Assembly (NCBI GenBank): GCA_964437495.1
Contig: CAYTGV010000003.1
Span: 17,910 to 81,909, forward strand
Direction of reading: 5' to 3'
Length of the DNA stretch: 64,000 bases
Source: an uncultured Planctomycetia bacterium
GTDB lineage: Bacteria > Omnitrophota > Gorgyraeia > B26-G9
Shown: positions 21,354-29,809 of the stretch, piece after piece
How the letters are laid out: every line of letters starts with the position of its first letter
Position numbering within the stretch: the first letter of the stretch is position 1
Notes under the pieces: model-generated
Told to the model about the DNA's origin: nothing
What the model saw: only the letters and a program-made list of their open reading frames with translations
The model's database searches: none
Program-made: the position numbers and the translations under genes

Positions 21354-22082
21354 ATGATGCGTTCTGGAAACCCGGCTTTACAGGCCAATGCCTTTAAGTC
21401 AATACCTCGTTCCGACGATAAGGCAAATGCCATGAGTGTACAGGGTACGGTAAATAAGACACTGATCTTACTGGCATTATCATTTTTAAGTGCAAGCTGG
21501 GTATGGGAACATATACAACAGGCAATGCCTTTTATAATGCCGGCTTGTATCGCGGGCCTGATCCTGGGTTTTGTGACTATTTTTAAAAAAGAGTGGGCTG
21601 GGATGACCTCTCCTGTATATGCGATTATTGAGGGAGTTGTTTTGGGCGGGGTTTCGGTTATGTTTGAACGCAAATTTCCAGGGATCGTTATTCAGGCAGT
21701 AGCGCTTACCTTTGGCGTGCTTTTTTGTATGCTTATGGCCTATAAAATGAAAATCATACAGGTTACAGCTAAATTCAGAATGGGTATTTTTGCCGCGACC
21801 GGAGCAATTGCTTTGGTATATCTTATTAGCATGGTCATGGGGTTTTTCGGCGCAAGGATTCCTTTTATACATGAATCAGGGCCTACCGGTATTATTTTCA
21901 GTATATTTGTTGTAAGTATCGCTGCTTTAAATCTGGTGCTTGATTTTGATTTTATTGAAAAGGGAGCTGAACATGGATTGCCAAAATATATGGAATGGTA
22001 CGGAGCATTCGGGATAATGGTAACCCTTATTTGGCTTTATTTGGAAATATTGAGATTGTTGTCTAAAACAAGAAGAAGATAA
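21354..22082 (+). CDS. 7-TM membrane protein, Bax-inhibitor-1/YccA-like
   Basis: About 240 aa, 7 hydrophobic helices, hydrophilic N-terminus; family assignment by architecture only. Confidence 0.4.
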   Translation: MMRSGNPALQANAFKSIPRSDDKANAMSVQGTVNKTLILLALSFLSASWVWEHIQQAMPFIMPACIAGLILGFVTIFKKEWAGMTSPVYAIIEGVVLGGVSVMFERKFPGIVIQAVALTFGVLFCMLMAYKMKIIQVTAKFRMGIFAATGAIALVYLISMVMGFFGARIPFIHESGPTGIIFSIFVVSIAALNLVLDFDFIEKGAEHGLPKYMEWYGAFGIMVTLIWLYLEILRLLSKTRRR

Positions 22083-22085
22083 TCA

Positions 22086-22985
22086 ATGTCAGGGAGGCTG
22101 GGCATGGATAAGTTTGTGGATATTATTGCCGGATTTATAAAAATGCCGTTGTTTAGAATAGGTGCAACGGAAGTAACAATCAGTAATCTCTTGCTTGCTT
22201 TATTGACTTTCATCTTAACTATTTTTCTGTCTTCATTTGCACGTAGATTAATCAAAAAACGCTTGAGTAAAGATCTTAAATTCTCTAAGGGCATGACTTA
22301 TGCTGTACAGCGTATAGTGCACTATATAATTATTTCACTTGGAGTTATTATTGCTGCGCAGTTTTTAGGGATAAATTTAAGCAGTTTTGCAATCGCTTTT
22401 GGCTTTATCGGGGTTGGTATCGGCTTTGGTCTGCAGAACCTGACTTCCAATTTTATTTCCGGTCTTATTATGCTGATTGAACAGCCGGTTACGGTAGGCG
22501 ATCTGGTAACTATTGAAAGTCAGATCGGAAAGGTAAGTAAAGTGCAGCTCAGAGCTACGATTATAAATACCATAGATAATATCTCAATAATTGTTCCCAA
22601 TGCCAAATTTGTGGAAAATCAGCTTATAAACTGGTCTCATGGAGACCCCCGAGTAAGGTTGCATTGCCCCGTGGGTGTTGCATACGGCTCTGATGTCCCA
22701 TTAGTACGAAACACATTATTACAAGTTGCAAAAGGCCATTCTCAAGTGCTTAAAAATCCTGCTCCGCAAGTGCTTTTTGAGCGGTTTAATAATTCCTCAT
22801 TAGATTTTGATCTATTGGTTTGGATAAATAACCCGGAGAAGCAATTTGTCGTAAAAAGCGAAATCAATTATGCGATTGATGAGGCTTTTAGGAAGAACTC
22901 GATAAGGATACCCTTTCCTCAAAGTGATGTGCATTTTTATACCGAAGCCGGCAAGGTTATTCCGGTCGAAGTGAAAAATACGTAG
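22086..22985 (+). CDS. small-conductance mechanosensitive channel (MscS family)
   Basis: 3 TM helices followed by GFIGVGIGFGLQNLTSNFISGLIMLIEQPVTVGD pore-lining / beta domain signature. Confidence 0.8.
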   Translation: MSGRLGMDKFVDIIAGFIKMPLFRIGATEVTISNLLLALLTFILTIFLSSFARRLIKKRLSKDLKFSKGMTYAVQRIVHYIIISLGVIIAAQFLGINLSSFAIAFGFIGVGIGFGLQNLTSNFISGLIMLIEQPVTVGDLVTIESQIGKVSKVQLRATIINTIDNISIIVPNAKFVENQLINWSHGDPRVRLHCPVGVAYGSDVPLVRNTLLQVAKGHSQVLKNPAPQVLFERFNNSSLDFDLLVWINNPEKQFVVKSEINYAIDEAFRKNSIRIPFPQSDVHFYTEAGKVIPVEVKNT

Positions 22986-23023
22986 TGTATAATATTTGAT
23001 ATCGGTTTTATTCGGAGAAAAAT

Positions 23024-23635
23024 ATGATTATATTATTGAACTGTACGCTTGCATTATTGGCATTGATCAACCCGGTAAGTAAAATTTTTGTGCTTTCTAC
23101 TCTGGCAGAAGAAGCTGACTCCAGGGAATTAAGAAGGATATCTCTGAAAGCCTCTATGATTGCCGGAGCAATATTATTAATTTTTGCGCTTAGCGGCAAA
23201 TTTATTTTACAGACAATCTTTCACGTACAGCTGTATTCATTTCAGATAGTCGGGGGAATAGTTCTTTTTGCCAGGGGTTTCATGGCGCTGAACAAGGGGC
23301 TTTTTTTTGAAACAGAAGCTAATCAAAAGCTTGAGGATGCCTCTATCGTTCCTTTGGCATCTCCGATGATCGCCGGGCCGGCGACACTATCAGCCGCAAT
23401 ATCTTTCCCTGTACAGTACGGCCTGGGCAGGACATTGACTGCAATAATAATAGCAGTAACAGTTAATCTTTTAGTGATGATCTACTCTCAAAAGATCGGC
23501 TCTGTTTTAAAGCGGCAGAATCTAATGGGAGCGCTTATAAGGATAACCGGCTTGATAGTTGCTACTATCGGCGTACAGATGATGCTTGAGGGGATACTTG
23601 CTTATCTTAGTGTCTCAGGGATTATTGTTAATTGA
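23024..23635 (+). CDS. MarC-family (UPF0056) integral membrane protein
   Basis: About 200 aa, 6 TM, N-terminal LALLALINPV motif typical of MarC family. Confidence 0.55.
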   Translation: MIILLNCTLALLALINPVSKIFVLSTLAEEADSRELRRISLKASMIAGAILLIFALSGKFILQTIFHVQLYSFQIVGGIVLFARGFMALNKGLFFETEANQKLEDASIVPLASPMIAGPATLSAAISFPVQYGLGRTLTAIIIAVTVNLLVMIYSQKIGSVLKRQNLMGALIRITGLIVATIGVQMMLEGILAYLSVSGIIVN

Positions 23636-23691
23636 GTGCAGTATTATCGTTTGGTTTTTAATTATATTTTGTAAATTGTAGGAGATAAAGC

Positions 23692-24756
23692 ATGATAAGG
23701 CGCAATAAAAAGATATCAAAGACTGCCGGACATATTCCGGGAGAGCTTGTTCATGTGGGAGAAAAAAAGATAGATAAAGTTCAAATATCAGTATTAGCTT
23801 ATGATGAGAAGAATCTGCAAGAGAAGGAAATAAATAATATAAAAGAGACCTTTACCTTTAAAGATACTCCGACAGTTACATGGATTAATATTAATGGTTT
23901 ACATGAATTAGGTTTAATCGAAGAAATCGGTAATAATTTTGAGATGCACCCTTTGACTCTTGAAGATATAGTTAATACCGCACAGCGCCCAAAATATGAA
24001 GATTTTGATAAATATATTTTTGTGGTATTGAAGATGATTATGTTTGATGAGGAAAAAAAAGAGATTATTTCAGAACAAGTAAGCCTGATCTTAGGTTCAA
24101 ATTTTGTGATATCTTTCCAGGAGCGAACAGGAGACGTGTTTGATTCCGTGCGCGAGCGTATTCGCAGCGCTAAGGGCAGGATTAGAAAACTTGGAGCGGA
24201 TTACCTTGCTTACAGCCTTTTAGATGCTGTTGTGGATAATTATTTTTCTGTTTTAGAAAAATTGGGAGATAAGATCGAGGATCTGGAAGAAGAGCTGATA
24301 ACTAACCCCCTGCCGAAAACTCTGCAGGCAATACATAATCTAAAAAGAGATACAATATTTTTGCGAAAAGCAGTATGGCCTTTGAGGGAAGTTGTTAGCA
24401 GTCTTGAGCGGGGAGAGTCGAAATTCATAAAAAAAGGCACGCGAATATTTTTGCGTGATTTGTATGATCATACTATACAGACGATAGATACCATTGAGAC
24501 ATTCCGTGATATGGTTTCGGGAATACTTGATATCTATATGTCCAGCGTTAGCAACAGGATGAATGAAATAATGAAAGTGTTGACTATATTTGCCGCTATA
24601 TTCATTCCCTTGACATTCATGGCTGGTATTTACGGTATGAACTTTGAATTCATGCCGGAATTGAAATGGAAATATGGATATTTTGTAGTATTGGGCTTGA
24701 TGGCCTTAGTCGGTTTTGGGATGCTTTATCAATTTAGAAAGAAAAAATGGATATGA
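23692..24756 (+). CDS. corA: CorA magnesium/cobalt transporter
   Basis: C-terminal two TM helices with YGMNFEFMPE (GMN signature). Confidence 0.85.
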   Translation: MIRRNKKISKTAGHIPGELVHVGEKKIDKVQISVLAYDEKNLQEKEINNIKETFTFKDTPTVTWININGLHELGLIEEIGNNFEMHPLTLEDIVNTAQRPKYEDFDKYIFVVLKMIMFDEEKKEIISEQVSLILGSNFVISFQERTGDVFDSVRERIRSAKGRIRKLGADYLAYSLLDAVVDNYFSVLEKLGDKIEDLEEELITNPLPKTLQAIHNLKRDTIFLRKAVWPLREVVSSLERGESKFIKKGTRIFLRDLYDHTIQTIDTIETFRDMVSGILDIYMSSVSNRMNEIMKVLTIFAAIFIPLTFMAGIYGMNFEFMPELKWKYGYFVVLGLMALVGFGMLYQFRKKKWI

Positions 24757-24762
24757 TGTCAC

Positions 24763-24975
24763 TTGAAAGGGGGCATGAATTCTATGAAACCTAAGGCTAT
24801 AGCTATGCTGATTTTAAGCGGGTTATTTCTCATTATTTTTCTGCAAAACACTCAGGTTGTCTCTGTGCAGTTTTTATTCTGGAAAATAAGTATGTCCCGG
24901 ATAATTCTACTGCCCTTAATGATTATAATTGGTTTCATCGCCGGATTTTTAACAAGCAGAAAATCCTTTAAGTGA
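24763..24975 (+). CDS. small membrane protein, LapA-like (DUF1049)
   Basis: Two TM helices flanking FLQNTQVVSVQFLFWKISMSRIILL typical of LapA family. Confidence 0.45.
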   Translation: MKGGMNSMKPKAIAMLILSGLFLIIFLQNTQVVSVQFLFWKISMSRIILLPLMIIIGFIAGFLTSRKSFK

Positions 24976-25055
24976 CTTACCTTTGATCGCATGATAGAAA
25001 AAGCTTAAAAATCTGACTTAATAAGTCTATTTATAAAAAACGGGGAACTAAAAAT

Positions 25056-25736
25056 ATGAATGATTACTATGCAATAATGGGTCTTTCCAAGAATGCCTCA
25101 GCGGAAGAAATAAAAAAGGCATACAAAAAACTTGCCTTTAAATATCATCCGGACAGATGTCCGGATAAAAATAAAAAAGAGGGTGAAGAGAAGTTTAAGG
25201 AAATGGCTGCTGCTTATTATGTATTGGGTGATGCCAAGCGTAAGAAAGAATATGATGACTATAAAAAAGGAGCTTATTCTTTTAGAAGCGGCCCGGGTGC
25301 CGGAGATTTTGCCTCACAATCCGGATTTGATTTTGAAGATCTGATCAAACATTTTCATAATACGGGCGCTGGTGGAGGGACCCGTCAAAAAAGAACATCT
25401 AATAGGTATGTATTTTTTGACGATTTGTCCGATATCTTTCAAGGAATGGACTCAATGCCAGGTAATCAGGCCGGAGGTAATTATAGGGCATATCAATCCC
25501 CTAATGTCGGCGGCCAGAAAAAATATGATACAGATATAAATGCTGAAATAAAAATACCTGCTCATATTGCTCAAGTCGGAGGGGAGGTTAAGGTAAAATT
25601 AAGTGATGGCAGAATGATAACATTAAAAATAAATAAAGGGACCAAGAAAGGCCAGAAATTAAGGCTAAAAGGTATTGGAAAAATGTGTCATACTTGTGAG
25701 CATAAGGGTGATTTGATCGTTTCTGTGCGGTATTAA
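25056..25736 (+). CDS. DnaJ (J-domain) protein
   Basis: [32 protein letters not shown] with HPD tripeptide. Confidence 0.75.
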   Translation: MNDYYAIMGLSKNASAEEIKKAYKKLAFKYHPDRCPDKNKKEGEEKFKEMAAAYYVLGDAKRKKEYDDYKKGAYSFRSGPGAGDFASQSGFDFEDLIKHFHNTGAGGGTRQKRTSNRYVFFDDLSDIFQGMDSMPGNQAGGNYRAYQSPNVGGQKKYDTDINAEIKIPAHIAQVGGEVKVKLSDGRMITLKINKGTKKGQKLRLKGIGKMCHTCEHKGDLIVSVRY

Positions 25737-25755
25737 TGTTAAAAAGGAGGTTTTT

Positions 25756-26031
25756 ATGAGCAGTAGAAAAAAGTTTAGTTTAGATGATGCAAAGGAAATA
25801 GGCAAACAGCTGGGGATAAAATGGGACAAATTTGATGAAGAGCAATTTCGCATGGGTATGGATGTGGAACTAGAGCATGGATTAATTGATGAGGTTACTA
25901 ATGTTACTGATGACAATCCAATGACAACGGGCAAAATAGCTTTAGCGCATCTTAATGAGTTTCCCGATTATTATACAAGGCTTCAAATAATGGAAGAAGA
26001 AGCGGATGTCTTTTGGGGAAAAGAGGACTAA
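25756..26031 (+). CDS. conserved hypothetical small acidic protein
   Basis: ORF with RBS aaaaggagg; no known motif recognised. Confidence 0.4.
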   Translation: MSSRKKFSLDDAKEIGKQLGIKWDKFDEEQFRMGMDVELEHGLIDEVTNVTDDNPMTTGKIALAHLNEFPDYYTRLQIMEEEADVFWGKED

Positions 26032-26066
26032 TATTTTTTTGTGCCATCAGATGAAGGAGGCCAATT

Positions 26067-26186
26067 ATGCAGGTCAAAGAAACTGGTGAGAAATATCGTT
26101 GTAATGTCTGCGGCAATGAAGTGACAGTGACTAAAGCCGGCGGAGGAGAATTAGTCTGCTGCGATCAGCCCATGGAGAAGATCTAA
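26067..26186 (+). CDS. desulforedoxin (Dx-type rubredoxin-like Fe(Cys)4 protein), 39 aa
   Basis: [39 protein letters not shown]: CxxCG ... CC spacing identical to desulforedoxin; RBS gaaggagg 8 nt upstream; not in ORF track because <60 aa. Confidence 0.65.
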   Translation: MQVKETGEKYRCNVCGNEVTVTKAGGGELVCCDQPMEKI

Positions 26187-26325
26187 AAGCATTTGCGTAT
26201 TGTTTAGGGATTAATTGAAAATAATAAAATCAGCAGCTTTTATTTGAAGCATTAAAATGATATTTTGCAGTAATTTTTTATGAAGCTTTGTCTAAAACTT
26301 TTACTCGATATAAAATATAGCTACT

Positions 26326-26361
26326 ATGAATAGAAAATTCTACATTAAAACCTTCGGCTGA
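26326..26361 (+). pseudogene. miaB: host-derived 5' remnant of miaB (MNRKFYIKTFG then TGA) left at the left junction of the integrated element
   Basis: atgaatagaaaattctacattaaaaccttcggcTGA; FYIKTFG identical to residues 16-22 of the intact MiaB at 45508; TTCGG core 26353-26357. Confidence 0.65.
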
Positions 26362-26692
26362 CCCTTGGATTGCGCTCTACAAAGTTCTCAAACCATTCCT
26401 TTTAACTATTTTCCATCCTGAATTGACTTAATAATGCACCGCCCCGCCTTCGGCGGGGCTACTTGGGCATTGTTTAACCGTTCGCCTCAGCTAGGGCTTC
26501 GGCTCTCTGCGCACTCGCTAGGCCGCTCGCTTCGTGCTCATGCGTTACTACGATCCGGCTTTGGTCTGCCTCACTTCGCCAGAAATGGCTTCGTTTGGCA
26601 TCCCAGCGTCCTCTCCCGAGCAAAACCTCATAATTTAATGCTTATTTCTTTTTTTGGCGGCGGCGAAATATTTATTTAAAAAGGTGTGTTTT
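26362..26692 (+). repeat. GC-rich structured repeat 'a' (copy 1, element left end), about 330 bp, multiple UUCG-type hairpins
   Basis: About 90% identical to reverse complement of 36627-36966; GC content far above flanking DNA; e.g. ccgccccgccTTCGgcggggc hairpin. Confidence 0.7.
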
Positions 26693-26737
26693 GCTCGGTC
26701 GAGTCCGCGCGTCGCTTCGCGCCGCCAAGCCGAATCT

Positions 26738-26852
26738 GTCTTGCTGTCGTAGTGCTGTAATACCCCACCCACCCGGCAGTCTTTGTGCTCGGGCTCAACC
26801 ACTTCGTGTTTTCGCTTACCTGCGCTCAAAGCCAGCTTCCCCTTAAAAGGAA
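26738..26852 (+). repeat. repeat 'b' (copy 1) containing ccccacccacccg ... cctgcgctcaaagcc, followed by promoter of first island operon
   Basis: Direct-orientation similarity to 37143-37318. Confidence 0.5.
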
Positions 26853-27060
26853 GAGGAGACCTGTATCAAATATTCATCAACACTTCTGTCTTTTTTGCAA
26901 AAAGCCAGAACAGTCCGCAACGCCAAAAGACATCCGCCTTAGGCGGAAGACATTTGCCCTTCGGGTTCGCGTTGCTTTGATGAATATTTGAAAAGTTTTC
27001 AATACAAAGCTTTTGCTAATATATATTGCACACACGGTGCAATATGTGTATAATATTAAC

Positions 27061-28068
27061 ATGACTAATGTTTCTATTCCAGAAGCTTCATATTCCAATC
27101 TATTAAAAAAATTAAAAAAAGAAATTGCTGAAGGCCTAGTCCGTGCCCAGAGAGCTTATGACAGGGAAAAAGTCATAGCTTACTGGAAAATAGGTCAATC
27201 AATCTCCAAACATCTTTCAAAAAATAAGGATAGAGCAGATTATGGCAAGAAACTATATAAAAGACTTTCTGATGATCTTTCTATCGGGGAACGCCTACTT
27301 TATCAAATATCTCAATTTTACAATACATATCCTCATTTTAAACCTTCCCAAAACTTAAAATGGTCCCATTATCGTTTATTGACCTCAGTTAAAGACGAAG
27401 GGAAGAGAACTCTTCTTGAAACTAAAGTCTCAAATGATAACTGGTCAAAGAGAGCATTAGAAGATTTTATTAGAGAAGACAAAGAGCAAGATGTTGAACC
27501 TACAAAGCCTTCCATAAAAAGAACGAAAAAGCTATCTTGTTCTAAAGGCAGGTTGTATACATACAAGATATTCAAAGATGACTATGCGGATAATATGCTT
27601 ATAGATTGCGGGTTTAATACTTATAGAGAATCCGAAATGGCAAGTTTTAAGGGGGACTTTGTAGAAACCGTTAAAGCAGAAGATAGCTACAAACTGCTTA
27701 AGTCAACCGCTACTCGTAAACATCTATATACTTACAAGGCATATATTAAAAAGATAATTGACGGTGATACTATCTGGGTAAATATAGATTGTGGTTTTAA
27801 GACATGGGTTAAGCAAAAAATCCGGTTGCGTGGCATAGATACTCCCGAGATTGAGACGAAAAAGGGGATAGAATCGTTTAAGTTTGTTTGCAAGGTACTT
27901 AAAAACCTACCATTCATTATAATCAAAAGTCATGGCAGAGATAAATACGACCGTTATCTTATGGATCTTTATTACACAAAAGGAGAAGAAAACCCTTTAG
28001 TTGTCCTAGAGAAGGGGGCATTTCTTAATCAAGTGCTTTTGGATAAGAATTTAGCAATACGGGTATAA
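27061..28068 (+). CDS. nuclease: DUF1016 (YhcG) N-terminal domain fused to staphylococcal-nuclease (SNase/thermonuclease) domain
   Basis: N-terminal LKWSHYRLLTSV motif of DUF1016_N. C-terminal IIDGDTIWVN...IRLRGIDTPEIETKKG matches the SNase motif (DGDT ... R.GID.PE). A degenerate first SNase-like repeat precedes it. TATAAT 27046-27051 only 9 nt before ATG 27061 suggests a leaderless transcript. Confidence 0.6.
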   Translation: MTNVSIPEASYSNLLKKLKKEIAEGLVRAQRAYDREKVIAYWKIGQSISKHLSKNKDRADYGKKLYKRLSDDLSIGERLLYQISQFYNTYPHFKPSQNLKWSHYRLLTSVKDEGKRTLLETKVSNDNWSKRALEDFIREDKEQDVEPTKPSIKRTKKLSCSKGRLYTYKIFKDDYADNMLIDCGFNTYRESEMASFKGDFVETVKAEDSYKLLKSTATRKHLYTYKAYIKKIIDGDTIWVNIDCGFKTWVKQKIRLRGIDTPEIETKKGIESFKFVCKVLKNLPFIIIKSHGRDKYDRYLMDLYYTKGEENPLVVLEKGAFLNQVLLDKNLAIRV

Positions 28069-28134
28069 ATAATACAGATGTAGGGGGAGGGGCTTGTCTC
28101 CGCCCGCTAATCATAGACAGTTGTGTTAATAAAT

Positions 28135-28156
28135 AGTACGTAGTATACTACGTACT
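28135..28156. promoter_or_regulatory. 22-bp perfect palindrome AGTACGTAGTATACTACGTACT immediately upstream of the AbrB-like gene (candidate operator)
   Basis: Read directly; 12 bp upstream of RBS taggagg for ATG 28169. Confidence 0.5.
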
Positions 28157-28168
28157 ATAGGAGGCTTA

Positions 28169-28351
28169 ATGATGGCTAGATATAAGAAGGAAGATGGAGT
28201 GGTTAGGAAATTAACCAAAACAGGAAAATACACTTATTACGTAACAATTCCAAGAGAATATATTGCAACACTTGGATGGAGAAAAAAGCAAAAAGTATCA
28301 GTTCGGCTTTCAGGAAAGAAGATTATTATTGAGGATTGGAAGACACAATAA
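28169..28351 (+). CDS. AbrB/MazE/SpoVT-like swapped-hairpin DNA-binding protein (antitoxin-like), 60 aa
   Basis: YYVTIPREYIATLGWRKKQKVSV matches SpoVT/AbrB domain consensus (tv.IPkeir..lgi..gd.v). Confidence 0.5.
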   Translation: MMARYKKEDGVVRKLTKTGKYTYYVTIPREYIATLGWRKKQKVSVRLSGKKIIIEDWKTQ

Positions 28352-28464
28352 GCATTATTGTTGTATTTTTTGTACTTTGATTGCTCTAACTATATGAATG
28401 TTGTATAATAGATACTAACATTGTATATTTCAATAATAAAGACAATAATATTATTGAGGGAGAT

Positions 28465-28911
28465 ATGAGTATAATTGACTTAACACAACAAGAAGCAGAT
28501 GCATTAATTGCTATGGATAAAGTACGTATTAGCGATGAGCGGTATCTATTTCCTCAGCTTGGTGGTTCCTTAAGAATTCCTTTAAAATCGAAGGATGCAC
28601 GAGAGGAATTTATGCTTGATATTACCAGAGGTCAGATTAACCTTAAGAAAAATACTTTTCAAAATAGAGCACGTAAAGCAATAGTGCTAGTTAGGGTTGA
28701 TATTGATGGCCCCCCTCATTGTAATCCAGATGATAAAATAGTAGATTGCCCACATATTCATACTTATCGTGAAGGTTTTGGTGATAAATGGGCAGTCTCT
28801 TTGCCGGATTTTTTCTCGAAACCCGATGATAGTTGGACGACACTCGAAGAATTCATGAAGTATTGTAATATTTCTGATAAGCCGAATATTACTAGGGAAT
28901 TATTTATATGA
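28465..28911 (+). CDS. hypothetical protein (148 aa) with [10 protein letters not shown] motif, translationally coupled to next gene
   Basis: ORF; stop overlaps next start (ATGA). Confidence 0.4.
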   Translation: MSIIDLTQQEADALIAMDKVRISDERYLFPQLGGSLRIPLKSKDAREEFMLDITRGQINLKKNTFQNRARKAIVLVRVDIDGPPHCNPDDKIVDCPHIHTYREGFGDKWAVSLPDFFSKPDDSWTTLEEFMKYCNISDKPNITRELFI

Positions 28912-29675
28912 AGGATGAAATTCAAAAATTATTAGATAATTATAATTTGTGGTTAAAAGATAGAACCGTTCTGAAACAAATTACTGATAAATGGGTTGAA
29001 ATTACTACGCCTCATCTTGATCGGCATAATGATTGTTTGCAGATTTATGTATTCAAACAAAATAATGGCTATTTAATAACAGATGATTCATATATAATTA
29101 CTGACTTAGCAAATTCAGGGTGTACTATAGATACTCCTAAGCGTCAAGAGCTTCTTAGGATGACTTTAGCTGGTTTTGGAGTGCAATTAGATGGTGATCG
29201 TTTAGTTGTTCATGCTACTTTTGAAAATTTTTCGCAAAAAAAACATAATATTATTCAGGCAATGGTGGCAGTTAATGATCTTTTTTATTTGGCGTCTCCT
29301 TATGTGTCTAGTATTTTTTATGAAGATGTTGCCAAATGGCTTGATCTTTCCGACATACGTTATACCCCTAAAGTTAAATTTACTGGTAAAACAGGGTATG
29401 ATTATATGTTTGATTTTGTAGTGCCTAAATCTAGGCAAGCACCTGAACGGATTTTACAGACAGTTAATAATCCTAAAAAAGATTCTGCTGAAGCCCTGCT
29501 TTATAGATGGATGGATACAAAGGAAACAAGACCACCAGATTCTAGATTGTATGCCTTTTTAAATGATTCCAATTTTCGTGTTTCGCAATCTGTTGTTGAT
29601 GCATTGGCAAGTTATGATGCGGTTCCTATTTTGTGGTCAAACCGTGAAGGGACACGCAAAGCATTATGTTCTTAG
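28908..29675 (+). CDS. DUF1828/DUF1829-type protein (255 aa)
   Basis: N-terminal LWLKD ... [20 protein letters not shown] resembles DUF1828 N-terminal region, C-terminal half DUF1829-like; assignment from memory of family consensus. Confidence 0.45.
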   Translation: MKDEIQKLLDNYNLWLKDRTVLKQITDKWVEITTPHLDRHNDCLQIYVFKQNNGYLITDDSYIITDLANSGCTIDTPKRQELLRMTLAGFGVQLDGDRLVVHATFENFSQKKHNIIQAMVAVNDLFYLASPYVSSIFYEDVAKWLDLSDIRYTPKVKFTGKTGYDYMFDFVVPKSRQAPERILQTVNNPKKDSAEALLYRWMDTKETRPPDSRLYAFLNDSNFRVSQSVVDALASYDAVPILWSNREGTRKALCS

Positions 29676-29809
29676 ATTTGTTATGATTAAAGGTCACATA
29701 TAATATCTAAAAAGAGGTCTCTTACTGCAATAAGTTGTTTTTTGAGTAGAATACGTTTACTTAATAGGTGAAAATCTAAAACTTAAATATTTTCGAAAAA
29801 GGGTATCAA

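Noticed and set aside
26362-26692. Possibility that repeat 'a' is tmRNA, RNase P RNA, SRP RNA or an rRNA fragment (common island targets)
   Set aside because: No tmRNA tag-peptide or 3' tRNA-like CCA end, no RNase P GGAAAGUCCGG or P4 motifs, no SRP domain IV motif recognisable by eye. The insertion target is demonstrably miaB, not an RNA gene.
26434-26991. ORFs 26434-26679, 26635-26829, 26783-26980, 26785-26991 and 26877-27098 inside the GC-rich left-end repeat
   Set aside because: Low-complexity Ala/Arg/Gly/Pro-rich translations in every frame, typical of spurious ORFs in GC-rich non-coding DNA; no RBS; overlap one another.
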